Source: Balanoglossus misakiensis (taxonomy: Eukaryota; Animalia; Hemichordata). Taken from it: DNA of 64,000 bases. This document shows positions 42,838-56,500 of the stretch, in pieces. The notes under the pieces are model-generated. The model saw only the letters and a program-made list of their open reading frames with translations. It ran no database searches and was not told the DNA's origin. The position numbers and the translations under genes were made by a program. Position 1 is the stretch's first letter, and every line of letters starts with the position of its first letter. The stretch lies in contig CM082585.2 in the NCBI GenBank assembly GCA_040954595.2, forward strand, positions 8,815,649 to 8,879,648, written 5' to 3'.

Positions 42838-44600
42838 AGGGGGAGAGGAGGGGGAATCGAGAGATAACCGGACATCACGAACTCACAGAAACTGAGCATT
42901 ATCATGGTGCTAGAACGTCACAACGTGTGTAAATACGGGGAAACTGTTTTCTATATTACTGCATCGGTCGTCGCTTAACTCGTGGACTGTGAAAACCAGT
43001 GACGTAAACACTTATGCCCTTTGAAAGTATCAGAAACCACCATCACCACAACACGTGAGGCGGGTTGGATCACGGCTACTCAAGGTTTTCTGACACCTCG
43101 AGTATCTACGGATGATAACCTGGCTTCAAGAACCTCAAAGGGAGGCCTTGTGATTCTAACGACGGACAATTTGGCATTCACTATATTGTAAAATGGACAT
43201 TTCTGGATTCCCTTGTCAGCCTATTTATTTTTTTAATGAATCATGTACATTGTAATTCAGAATTGAAAGTCGAGCGTCGTTTCTATTTAAAATTAGAAAT
43301 ATAGAGGGCAGTAAAATGTTGGGAAATATATGCTTGACAACACGTCTTCTCTTGATACAGTTATTATGTGTTACTATAAAGGTAATAATATAATATAGAG
43401 TTAGGCCCTAGTACAGATCCTATTTAGAGCAATTATAGCATAAGATTGGAATTCTATGCCAAATTTATACATATTTTGGGGGAACCTATTCGTTCTTATA
43501 CACATGACAATTTAGACTCATACGTGTCAACATTATATTTATATTTCTACGCCGTTATTTACTGTAATGTCAACACTGACAATTTTGGGTCTAAAGGGTA
43601 TCATTTTATTTCTCCGATGTGAAACTTCTCTTGTCAGTTTAGAAGTAGGCGTTTGTTGCCAAGCTAGTAAACATATGCCGATCCTCATATTATAATATAA
43701 CGATCATTTAGTATGTTTTGTTAAGCTTTAAGTTTCTTTTCAGTTTTCAAATATCTATAGAAGCATTTGTCAGTACACAAAGAATTCGTAAAACAGTAAC
43801 GCGAACATTACCAGCGCCCCCAAGCATTGAAATCAACGTTTTGGTTCAACAACGTCTACCTCTCTATCCGGGTCTTTTTCTTCACTTTGCATATTACCTT
43901 GTCACTTTTTGTATGGATGCATTTACAAATATGTTATTTTACTTTAAGCATATTCCATTACTTTTATTTGTCATTTTACCAAAAGTTGTCAAACACAATA
44001 AACGAATTTTATTATGCAATCTTGCTGGTTAGTAGTCGCGAATTATTTGAAAGGCGACGATCGATATCGTCTTTTGCGCATGTGCCAAACCACAGACTCC
44101 ACTTGTGAAGTGCTCGTATCATGATCCACCCAACCTTTGGTACATGTATCTGCAAAGCTGCGCATCCTCTGTAAAAGGACAATGTCATATTTCGGGGATG
44201 GTAAGTACGCCTTTACTGACTGTCCATTAATGCACGTTAATAGTTCGCTTACTCCTCACAACAGTCAATTTGAAAAGGGATGCGGGTACTCTCGTCTGCC
44301 ATTTTGATAACAGGAAGTGACGGATGTATATATTACGTAAGTATCAATGCATCCTTGGAAATCTGGGATGTCCCAAAAGAACGCACCGGGTGAACCTGTC
44401 ACCTGTTGCACTTAGTAATATAATGTAAATGATGTGTAATATGTCAGGGCGCCCTCAACGACTCGAAACGCATAGTATTTGGTTTCATTCTGGTGTTTGT
44501 ACTTGTCCCGTGACAAAAAGAGGTTGACTTTAGTTCGTATGTTCATTGTCGTTATTACGACAGCGTGATAGTGCTGTTAATTTTCTTGGGGCGAGCAGAA

Positions 44601-45200
44601 ATGACGTCTGCGACTGACGAAGTCGGGAGCTTCGAAGTGCAGTATCTGGGAATGGTGGAAATTCTACACACCAACCCGCACGGCCAGGGCTGCGTGGACA
44701 AAGTTGTGGACCAGCTTGAACACAAACTGCGATCCGGTATCATCATTCCGAAACTGATTTTGGTGCCGTCGGGTCGGGGACTGGACGTGATCGACGTCAC
44801 GACGAAGCGGGAGGCGTATTCCGCGTTTTACCCGCTCCAGAGTATATCCCATTGCAAGGCGGACAAGAGATATTCTCGGGTCTTTGCGTGGACGGTAGTG
44901 ACTTCGGAGCGGTCGAAGTTCCACTGTCACGTCGCGGCCTGCTCTGATAAGGAGCAATCGCAAAAATTGGCCATTGCAATGAGCCACTTCTTCGCGGCAT
45001 CCTCGAAGGAGCGGAAATCACCCGGCGAGAGCCGCGGCAACGGTCGGTCACACCCGCCCGACGAAATCGGCGGGCGACACGACCACGACGGGAACGCAAA
45101 CAGCGTACCGAGCGACGGAGAAGCGCAGCGGAAAATGGCGAGATTACTGTACGAAGCGGAGCAAAAAACTTCATCCAAGATGCGAGATAATCATAAGTAG
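44601..45200 (+). CDS. Intronless PTB/PID-domain protein, FAM43-like
   Basis: FEVQYLG...GQGCVDKVV...YPLQSISHCKADKRYSRVFAW...FHCHVAAC...SQKLAIAM: PTB pattern with the GxGCxD and VFAW motifs seen in FAM43. Confidence 0.82.
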   Translation: MTSATDEVGSFEVQYLGMVEILHTNPHGQGCVDKVVDQLEHKLRSGIIIPKLILVPSGRGLDVIDVTTKREAYSAFYPLQSISHCKADKRYSRVFAWTVVTSERSKFHCHVAACSDKEQSQKLAIAMSHFFAASSKERKSPGESRGNGRSHPPDEIGGRHDHDGNANSVPSDGEAQRKMARLLYEAEQKTSSKMRDNHK

Positions 45201-47797
45201 ACTGGTATACATATTCACTTTTGGTGGACCTGCTATAATGTTTTGCTATTATGAAGTCATACCAGTGTTGTCTTGGGATGTACGCAGGTCTGGTCTGCAA
45301 ACTGTGAACGGAGGAGACTAGCTTACAAATATACAACGGACATTGATAAAAGACATAGTAACACGGTTTATTATCTAATTTATAAAGTGACCCATTTTTA
45401 TCTGTTCTGCGGCACCTTATCTTGAGTGGCGTGTTCGAAAAGTTGAGGGTCAGCGCATTTAACTTATTTCTTCCTTATCACCGACGCACCACATGGCATA
45501 TCTCGGTCTCACAGCGAACGTTTGCAAACACCAAAAAACGCGTCCTCGTAAATCTAGCCTTATTTTATTTGCCAGTGCCACTTTTTGGTCGACAACAGAA
45601 ATATTAATCAACAAATATCAGTCATGTGACACACGAAGCGCAGAAACGCATGGCATTCATCCGGTATCAAACCGGCGATGTATTTTCACGTTTGCTGTTG
45701 TGTACGTCATCATGGCCGAATATGTGCAGTTGGTACGTGCCGTTTTAGGGGTGATCTAATTATATATTTATTTAGTTCGAAATATATTTTATAAGCAAGA
45801 AAACAATCCTATCCTATTTTAAAATGTTAATTTATTGGCTCCCTAATTAAACGTTTAATTCTATGTCGGTGAAGTAGCATAACTACTGCAACTGAAGAAT
45901 TTATATCCTCGATCATTTTTGATCAATTTTCTCGACGTGTTTTTTTCCTTTGCAAAATTATTCGCTCTGAGAATATCAGTAAACATGGGTAGAAAAAAAT
46001 GTGAAGCTTCGTTTTTTTTTTTCCTCAGTCGCGGCAACTTATATCTTTTTATGGGTGCCCATTGAACTTAGATATGCCGGTATTTTAAGCAGTCACGTCG
46101 ACAAGTTTTCAATCACTGTGGCCTGCAGGTTGTACAGTAATAATCTTCGTGTAATTAAACACATGGCTGTCCAAAACACGCTATGTAGATAATTTATAGC
46201 AGTTTTGATCCGCTTTTATATTCTCAGGATATTAAAGTAGTTTGATTGCATGCGCGAACTGTTTGCACTGCTTGGTAAGTTTTACTCGAGAGCGCTATAG
46301 ACTGTGCGTGCTTTTCGCCTCGTATACTCGCGCGACTTCTTTCTTTGCAATCCTTATCTTGACCCCTACATGACCTAACGTCCTGGTACAAATGTACGTG
46401 TATTTCCGTTGGTACGATCTAGTCCATCCGTTTCATTGCAGAGTCAGCAACGGTCTACCGTATTCACTTGATTCTGCGCACTGAATCGCTACTGTAAACG
46501 AGCCTCGTTTTCAAGCAAACACTTGCACATTCTGTCAACATTACACGACGTTAGTGTTTGGCGTAGAGATTTGGCTATTAGTCTAAATGTACAGTCGTGA
46601 AGTGTCATGATGTGGCTCCAATAGCAAATTTATGGCTTTTTCGACATAGTTGTAATGTATCGTTACGTCTACCTTTTGAGACCACGTGACTAGAGAGCAA
46701 CGACCTCGGCAAGAGTCGTTCATCTTCGATGAATCGTGAGGTATGGATGCCAGAGTACGGGTTATCAGTCAGTATTTATACAAAGGTATAAGGTCCCTGA
46801 TGTCACTCTACAAGCAACTTAATACGATATTTCTGTTTATATTTCACGTCATGGGTTTTAGGGGTCATAACGAGACGCGGGAAAAAGTTCAGAGCAACAC
46901 AACACAGCAAGAGCTCGACTATCATTGTGTTGAGAATTCACAAAAATCACCGCTGGTCTTGTTTTCTCTATTAGGAACGTGTCTACAGTCTGTAAACGCG
47001 CATTTGGCTACGTTTACAATGTGTTATCGCGTTGCCAAACGGAACTTCGACCAGTTGGGAAATGAATATGATTGTTGGTTTTTATTGTGTGTAATACTAG
47101 TAATTCTGTGGATGGCTTGCTAACCCTAACGTTAACGTTCGTCATTTGCACTATGTCAGCCAGCGCCCTCCCTCGCCTGTGTCTATCCTGCTATCGCCCT
47201 CTTCATGTGCCGAGCCTCAACGTCATCAAACACTTACATATACATTTGTATGGTAAAACCACGCACTACTGAATTCCATCATCAGTTGTTTCATCAAATC
47301 TTTAATTGTAACACATTCATATTCTAAACATAACTATATTTCGTGAGAGATCTACCCCATCTTAGTTTTTATATATGATGCTCTCGCTTTGTGCTGAATG
47401 TCGCATCAAACATTTTCCCTATACCAGCACAATTTCACGCGCCATATTCTCCACGACAAAGCAATACCTCGGTACAAATTACATAGTCATCGATGCAATT
47501 GTTTTACATTGTCACTGTTTTTATTACACTGCCATAAAAACTATATCAAGGTGACTTGTACCAGCAATTACACTGCCAATGGTTAGAATTATCCGCGACG
47601 AGTGGCATCATTGTTATCGTTTGTACTATTAAAATTTTAGTTTTGGCCCGACCGTGGCATGGTCTGTGTGTCCAGTTTCCTGTAATTAAAAACACGGGAG
47701 ATTGCCTAGTTGAAATATGCACATAATGGTGCTCATTTTATACGGGTGGAAATTGGATAAGAGGTCAGTCGGTCGCGTTGGACCCTTGACTGTAACA

Positions 47798-50700
47798 ATG
47801 GAAAGAGAGAAGGCGCGACGATCCGCCCCGGTGGTGTACAGGGCTTCGTGGTTGTTCGACTGGTATCGCGCTCAGGAAGACCGTGAAAACTCAGCCAGGT
47901 AAACAAGTTTTGCGGGAAATTTTTATTGGTGAGAACGTCAACCTCTTATGTGTGTTACAATCGATGATTGGCACACGTAGAGACATTTTATCGAATTTGA
48001 CGCTCTATCTCTCGACGTGATGCGAAGGTTAAATGGAGCAGAAGAACAAAGATAAACTTTGTTATCGGGTTGCAACAAGTCCCCGATGGACTAGTGATCA
48101 AGTAGGGTCATTTTTTTAAAAATGACGATAAGATATATTTCAGAAAAAGGTGTCAATAAAGTGATAGTTACATGGAAAGCTAGAATAGATGATTTTCCGC
48201 ACATTGTGAGATCTCGCGAGACCAAGTACTACAAGTCGGGGTTTGCATGAAAGTAGGATAGGTTCAGAGTTTAATGAAATAAATCCAAATCTAGTGCAAC
48301 ACGGTGGGGCATGTGCGGTCAAAGCGTTCCGCGAATATGTGATTAAAAATGACGACATACTATTATCATGCAAATTAACCCTGGTCAATTATGGTTGTTT
48401 GTTTGTTTGTAGGCATTCATTTGAAAGTGTTCTGCCACCAGACGCCGACTGGAGCGTCACATCTGCGAGAAAGATGGAAAAGAAACGGAATAACGATTTA
48501 ACGACGGTGGACGTATCCCGTAAGGAAGGCGGGAAGGACGGAGCCGGCCAGGAAGGTGCCCAAGCGCCGCCTTCGGATCTGGGCAAACTCGTCAAAGAAT
48601 TCGCGTCCTCCACCACGGCGCACGGCGTCTCGCTCATCGTCGCGTCGCGGAGCGCGTCCGGGAAACTGTCCTGGACGCTCATCGTCTTCGCCGCGCTCAC
48701 CGCATTCACCATACAGACGCTGTTGCTCGTCTTTCAGTACCTAGAGTTCAACGTCAACACCAAGGTAATACATTTTTTTCATCCTTTGTTTCTGGATTTT
48801 GAATCGCCGATAAATATATTGTGGGCGGATGAACTCGAACACCGTCAAAGTGAACTCTACCAAAAGATTTATTTTCAAGATGCGGGGAAGTTTTGACAAA
48901 AGATGAAAACAGTTTTTCATGGCAAATTACATCATCCAATTTACTCCGATATGAGATGTATTGGTGGCAAGGTCTCCTTGAACAGTGGGAACAATGCTGG
49001 TAGTGTGGTTATAAGCATAAAAGTCGCACATGTGCAGTTCAGACGAACCTGCCCCTTTAAATGTCATTCTGTGCTGTGAAGTATTTCGTGACCACATTAT
49101 ATCTATACATAGGCTTCACAACCACATCGTGTACGCAGTACTTCAAAGCTGCTGGTCGGAAGGATTGTGAGCAAAGTAAAGACGGGGATATGTAATAAAA
49201 TCTGCTGTTCACCTTTATAATTTTATATTATTAACAATCTTTTAGATCCATGTTGAGGAATACTAGTTAACAATTCGGCTGGGGGGATCGAATGAACCAA
49301 TCTTAGTCTATCGTGTATTTTCAACATGCGCCTGACTCAAGGGACACATAAGCGTAATGATTAGGCAGAACTTCGAAATTAATGTGAAGATTAGTTGATA
49401 AATATTACTTATAGGATTACGGCCGTTTGAGCTTAATATATATTCACTGATATTGTCATTAGATAAGGTATGGCAGGAAATGAAAATATTACATCTATTT
49501 ACAGGGTCTTATGACCTTGGAGATTATCTCCAAATTAATATTTAGAATTCCCCAATGGCAACTGAGCGCGTCAATCCATCAATGCGATGTCATCGATTAC
49601 ATGAATAGTGCAGGCTTGTCTTTTGAAAAGAAGAATGTCGTATTTTGCATGTTGTATTTCTATTACCAGTTACTTGAGATAATGTTTTACATTGGATCAT
49701 TATCAAATGACTATATATGGTTATTTTAGATGATGAGATTCATGCTTGCATGGGCGCCACAATGTAATACGGTGAGGTAACCGTTTTGTTGTCCGTTTTT
49801 CCTTGAGTTTTGGATGTCCTGGCGAGCACGACCTTTTCGAATACCATAAGTACACAGTGCAATGAGGGCCAGCGTCATCGATGCCTTTCTACTGACTGCA
49901 CTCACGCAACTTTTCTGTTCTGAAAACATTCATTTATTGGGATGTTTTTGACAGGTTCAACTGGTGAGCGCTCATGAGCGTCCCTTCCCGAGCGTCACCT
50001 TGTGTAACACGAACAAACTGCGCCGCTCTGTCGTGTTGCGGTCCGACTACAGAGAGCTACTGGCTGTTGACAGTCGCCTGGTGGTTCCCCATTACGGTGA
50101 GCTAAAGATTCAAATTAACTTGTCCGCCTAGCCTTGTCTTGTCTTGTCTAAGCTCACCTACATTGTATGCTAACTATCACATTTGGTTTTCTCTGGCGTT
50201 GTAACCCCCAGGGCCTTGCTCCGATCACGACTTTCAGTGCGGAAACGGCACATTCTGCATCAGAAAGTATCTGGTCTGTGATGGTGTCAATCATTGTCTG
50301 GACATGAGTGACGAAGAAGGCTGTATCTATGGTAAATATGTGTGACGTCACGCCGGGATTTTGAAAACGGGATCTGTGGATAATTTGAATTTTTCAAATT
50401 CAGAATTCAGAATAAAACACCCGAAAAACTAAATCGATCTCTCGCCCTGGACAAGATCGATCGATGACGTTTAACAGTCGACGGTGATAAGTTTGTCTGG
50501 TCGTCGGGTTCATTTGATAGAAGTCAGGAGGCGAAAGGATGAATAAAACGGGAGTAAATATCCGGAAAAGGAATGTTTGGCAATTTAAAAGAAAGGCAGA
50601 CCGGATCAATACTGTCTGAATCAGTTAATTGCGTGTATTCTATTTACACTTTATTTTATCGCCAGACATCTAATTGTTTGTTTTTTCTTTCTCTCGTTTT

Positions 50701-53522
50701 GTCACTTATCGCCAAGAACGTTTATATCTTTTCTCAGGGCAATGTGGTGATGGACAGTTCAAGTGCGAAAGTGGAAGCAACTTTGGATTTTGCATCGACA
50801 AGGATTTAGTATGCGACGGGAAGGCTCACTGTTATGGCGGAGAGGATGAATATAACTGTGGTATGTCTGTTTGTCTGCCCACCCTCTCTTCTGTTTGTCT
50901 ATTAATATACAGGATCAAAGGTCACCCTAATACACATATACAGTACTAGTACATGCCCATACATGGTAAAAGGTCGATCATTCGTAGAGCTCTTTTTTGA
51001 TTGGCTGCCTAACGGAAACCTTCCATGGTAACTGTGGCTAAATTTGCATAGATGACCATGTACTAACAAATTTCATCATTGGCATATGAACAGAAGCACC
51101 AAAATTGTACTTTGCTTTCAATTTATTTGTTGGCAACACGAATAATTATCGGTCGGATTTTGTTTTTGTTTTTTTCACATGTTTACTGCTGGACTTCTGA
51201 AGAGTGTTCCAGTACTCAGTTTCAATGTGAGTTCACCAAACGATGTGTTTCCAGAAACTACATGTGCGATGGCGTCTTTGACTGTACTGACGGAAGCGAT
51301 GAGTTCAGCGATCAATGCAGTAAGCCACGTTCCTACCTATCACAGTCCCTCCATTTTTAATACACTGCTAATAATATCTCCAGCATGCATGTAAAGAGGT
51401 CCATTGTCAGACGGTGAATACACCACTAATCACAGTTATTGTTGGAACTGTTTTGATATTTCATTGCATAGTGTTAGTTCGCCGTTGTACTTTATTTGTG
51501 TCCTGTTGTATCACAAAGGAAGTACAGGGGTGACATGTAACCCTTGAACTTATTATGTAACACAGTGCAACCTTTGTACATGTACTTCCTTTGTGTCCTG
51601 TGGTGTCGCGAAGGAAGAACAACGGTGACAGTGTCTCAGTTCCACAGTTTCACCCTTGTGATTCCCCTGTGACACACTGTCACCCATTTCCTTCCTTTGT
51701 GACCCAGCTATTCGACCCTTTTCAGCGACGAACGAAGGGAATGTGGCCCTTGGCAAGGCGACCATCCAGAGCAGTACAGAGCTGTACGAGTCGGAGAAGG
51801 CTGTCGACGGCTACACAGAAGGTTACAAGCTGCTGCAGAGCTGCTCGGCCACACAGCAGGAGTTCGAACCCTGGTGGGCAGTTGACCTTGGCGATTCTTA
51901 CAAAGTTCACGAGGTCATAGTTTATCGGCAAGAGGAAAACGATTTTGACTATGGAGGTAATTTGGTGCCTTTTCCCAATCTCCGACACAGACTATGATCG
52001 CCGCCATCTTGCCTGTTGTTAGGACAGCACACCGTCTTATGGCATTCAATTTGACTGTATACATTTTTTTGTAACCAGCGTCTCTGGTTTGGAACATGCG
52101 CATAAGACGATCATGGCCCTTTAAGCTTTTTAATAATAATAACGCCACTGATAAAAATGATTGGTAAGGAGCATTTAATGTCCACAAACAATTTGTATCA
52201 CGGACATTACCAGGTGCAAGACTGTTGAACATCTTTTGATTGGTTTATATTCATCTGTAAAGGTGGGGGGCGTAGATTGACCCTGTGCTGGGATTTACAG
52301 AAAGCTTTCCCTCTGTATTGTGAACAGATGCCAACCAATACGGAGGCAGTGTCGTCGTCGGTTACGGCCGCGGAAAAGACGTCGTCGGCGAAGAGTGCGG
52401 CACGGACATCTTCTATTCAACTGGCCGGGAACTCTCGTCCAAGTGCGGACCAACCATCGGCCGGAACGTGCTGGTCATCATCGCTGGCACCGTCGATAGA
52501 CTGCGACTGTGTGAGGTGGAAGTTATGGCCTCTGGTAAGTTTATGGGCGGCCGTCCTCTCTCGAATACTGATGAACTCTTATTCCTAGTTGAGAGAACGT
52601 TTATTGTTCATAGACCAAAAACCCAACCCAACCGAGGACAATCAAGGTGGAAGAGTATTAGTACCAATCGTACCGAATCATTAGCATTGAACTTCATATT
52701 GTGTGTTTCCGCCCCGTTATGTTTACAGCAATGTGGGTCATCAACGCAGCCCTCCACATGCAAGCGGAGCAGAGCAGCGACTACGAAAACGCCACCACGG
52801 CGTCGCTTGCCGTCGACGGCATCAAGAACACCAACTTCTGGTCGTGGAGTTGTTCGCACACCGAGCTGGAGTTCGAACCTTGGTGGCGGGTGGACCTGGG
52901 GAAACTCTACACAGTCTACCGTGTGAAGATTGCCAACAGACAAGATTGCTGCAGTAAGTTGTTTGAAAGCACAACCTTTTCTCAACAGCTTCTCGCGTCA
53001 TATCTTCCGCAGAAAAAACAGTATTACCACAACTATTTCCATTTTACAGGTGACAGGTTGGCCAACGCAGTTCTAAAGATTGGAATGAGCAAAAACCTGA
53101 CATCGCAAGCGATCTTTGGCGTCATCACGAACGAACAGTTGTTGAACGACAGTTCGGTCATCACCGTGGCTGGCGAGTCGCCGCAGCTGGGCCGATACGT
53201 CAGCCTACAGCTCGTCAACCAGACGGAATATTTGCATCTGTGTGAGGTGGAGGTCTACGGAATACGTAAGTCGACATGGTCGCGTTATGTCTCATCCAAG
53301 ACGATTGCGGCCTGGGTCAGATCACGGTGGTCAGATGTGCAGCAAAGGCGACTGTCCTTTGAAATATTTCCACGTTTGTGTGACGTCTTTTGGAAAACTT
53401 AAAATAGATGGCTTCAACGACCACTTTTAGATTATGGTGAATTCGGTAAATTGTCATCCATGTAACTTAAATTTTAGATATTATGTTTTTCAGCCCTGCC
53501 GCTCTTATATTTGATGTTTGTT

Positions 53523-53558
<36 letters not shown>

Positions 53559-56500
53559 TTAACACATCCCTGTTATTTCAGCCTTCATAGATGACCTACC
53601 AAACGTGGCTTTGCTGAAGCCGGCAGAGCAAATCAGTATGAGCAGCAAGGGCGTCGCTTCGAGAGCCGTGGACGGCAATCCAAACAGGGACTACGTCGAA
53701 GGCCAGAGTTGCATACACACGAGACTAGAAAATGAGCCGTGGTGGAGGGTCGATTTGCTGGTCGAGCACCGGGTGTATCGTCTGTCGTTCGTCAATCGAG
53801 GCGAATGTTGTGGTGAGTCAGACGCCATGAAGGGTATCTGTGATGAGTTCAGAACAGCCGGACTGTAAAGAATGTCGATATTCAGACGAAGTACTTATGC
53901 GAAATGCGATTACATAATTCTATATAAATTAGCATACTCGATGGCATAATATCACATTTAAAGGGTGGCGATTGATTGGTCTTTGAAAACCACCAATCCA
54001 GAAGTAGAATAACTAAGCATGCGTATCTCTGTCAACCAACCAGGTGAAAGAAGCGATGGCGTCGTCTTCAGAGTTGGCACGAGTTTGCAGATCAAGCAGA
54101 ACCCAATATGTGGCGGCCCACTGGGAATGGACGACCTGTTTAAGCCCGTCCACCACGTGACCTGCCCAGTGCCCCTGATTGGCCGATATGTCACCGTGCA
54201 ACTGGAAGGCAAGGTGCAGTGGATGAACTTCTGTGAACTGGGCGTCCAGGGTGAGGGTAAGTATCGGGTCGGATCTTCTTTTCGACGAGAACCATTTTAT
54301 TTTTATTTACCATTTATTATATTTACCATTTTTATTTATATTTATAAGAATTGTTTTCCTCCGCACCATCTGCAAGTTTAAAATGCTAATTACAACCACG
54401 AGAATTTGTATATCTTCTACCCAGAGTATATTGATCACGAGTCTTCACTCTATCAAGTCAACCCGTTACCACACTTCGAAGAAATGGCAAACAGGATTTT
54501 AGTCGGCTCCCCCTCGATAGATTTCCCAATAATGTCTCTGGAGAAATGCGCTCACAAGTGTATGAAGACCAAGGATATACGGTGTCTGTCGTTCAACTAC
54601 AGAAGAGTCGAGAGACGATGTTCTCTGTTGGTGTCCAGTAGAGTTGGTGACAGCGCCACGGAGTTGTTGCCTCACGACGACTACAATCATTACGAGCGTC
54701 TGGCTGATGGCGGTTTGTATTGTTTTACTCTATTGTCTCTGTTCTGAGAGAGAGCAAGAGAGAGAGAGAGAGAGAGAGACAGACTGACTTCTGTTCACAA
54801 CATCAGTGAAAAAAATTATGTAGCTATGTCGTGCGAAATTAAAATAACTGAACAGCATTTTTGGAATGCTCTTATCGGTGCGAGTGTGCAATTCAGCGGT
54901 AAAATAGATAATGGCAATACTTTCTTTTGTTGTGTAGTTATCGACTCCTTGCATAACGGCACTTCCTGTCCCGGAGGATACTTCCGGTGTGGCTCAGGAG
55001 AATGCTTGCACGCTTACAGGGTGTGCGACATCTTTTCACACTGTGTAGACGGTAGTGATGAAATGAACTGCATTCACGGTACGTGACAATCGGGGTACTG
55101 CCATTTTTCGCACAAGTGGGTACTGTCTCGGACAATTGGTTCAACAGTTCTTCGCATCCCCTAAGGTTGAATTATAGATGAATACATTCGTTGGTTGCCG
55201 TTGCGACCATGTGTTTCCTAAGGTATTCCTACCCGCACAAAGCCAATCTCAAACTGCAGAGACAGGCGGCGTCTTCACATGCTGTTTTTACCTTTGGTCC
55301 CTGCTGATAGTGTAGAACGCGAACAGTGGACACCAATGCAAAGACAAAGACGCCGCCACATCTGATTTCAATCAAATTGGCACAAGGTCTGAAAATAAAG
55401 AATTCAATCTTATTTTGGGTGACAAAATACAGTCTTTTTTCTCTTGGCGTGGGTGGGGGGTGGGGCTCAACCAAAACTGACCATAACTACCACGTCTTCT
55501 TACCAATTATGTATTTCTTATCTTTACTTATAAAGACCATGAACCTCAAGTACCTCTGACGCCGTCCTCGCCCTGGTTCAAACAATTCTACAACATCACC
55601 GAGGACCCCGAGGTGTTCGAGCGCTTCCTGTCCGAATATCGCCCGAAGCACGAGTACCAGGACGTGAAGGGCGAGGACCCACCGGACTGGATGGGCTTCA
55701 AGTCGTACAGCCTGACCCCGGACTACAGCAACTTTGACGAGATACTCAAGCTGAACGCGGAGGAAATCCGCAAGCTCGGGCACCAGAGCCAGGATTTCAT
55801 CTCGCAGTGCTCGTTCCACGGAGCTGAATGCGACGCCAGGTAATGAAATGTTGAATATTTGAAGAGTTGGCCAGCACGCATGGCCACTCTGCACAGTGAC
55901 CGTGTACATGTACAAGCCTACACCTGCCAAATCCAGCGCCTGGTACCGCCACTTAGCAATGGCCTTAGATGGCCCTATCGCAATTCTCACTTGTCTCTTA
56001 AACGTGGTGTCTCGTTGATGTCGACGACGACCACCTTATAAACGATAAAGATAAATGGAACCCGTTTTGACGGTACATTAACCGACTGTCTGTGTACCCT
56101 GTCGTTTTCAGCGATTTCCTGACTTTTCAAGATCAGAAATACGGCAACTGTTTTACTTTCAACCCGAACGGAGACCGTTTTGTGAAAAACCAAGGAGCAA
56201 AACATGGTAATGTAACCTACATGGTTCAAAACCAATAAGCATTTTCGAGTTGAGTTCATGAATAATGAGTTGGAGCTGTCGTTTCCATAGCCACTGCACA
56301 TGCATCGGATGTATATCTTAATTTTAATCTATACTTTACATTGTGTGTAATTATGATTCGGACCATGAAAATGTTAATTAAATATTAATGCCGTAAGCTC
56401 AATGGACAAACAGTAAAGATTTTTATCACACTATTGGGAACAGGACGGTTAATAGACAAGTCGCAGTAGAGCCTGTCAATTTAGCTTTCTTGTTGTCAGC

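Noticed and set aside
54377-54424. Apparent in-frame TAA (54379-54381) that would make the channel a pseudogene
   Set aside because: It only arises if the AAG at 54376 is the acceptor. The better acceptor TATCTTCTACCCAG (54424), with a CTAAT branch upstream, keeps the frame open.
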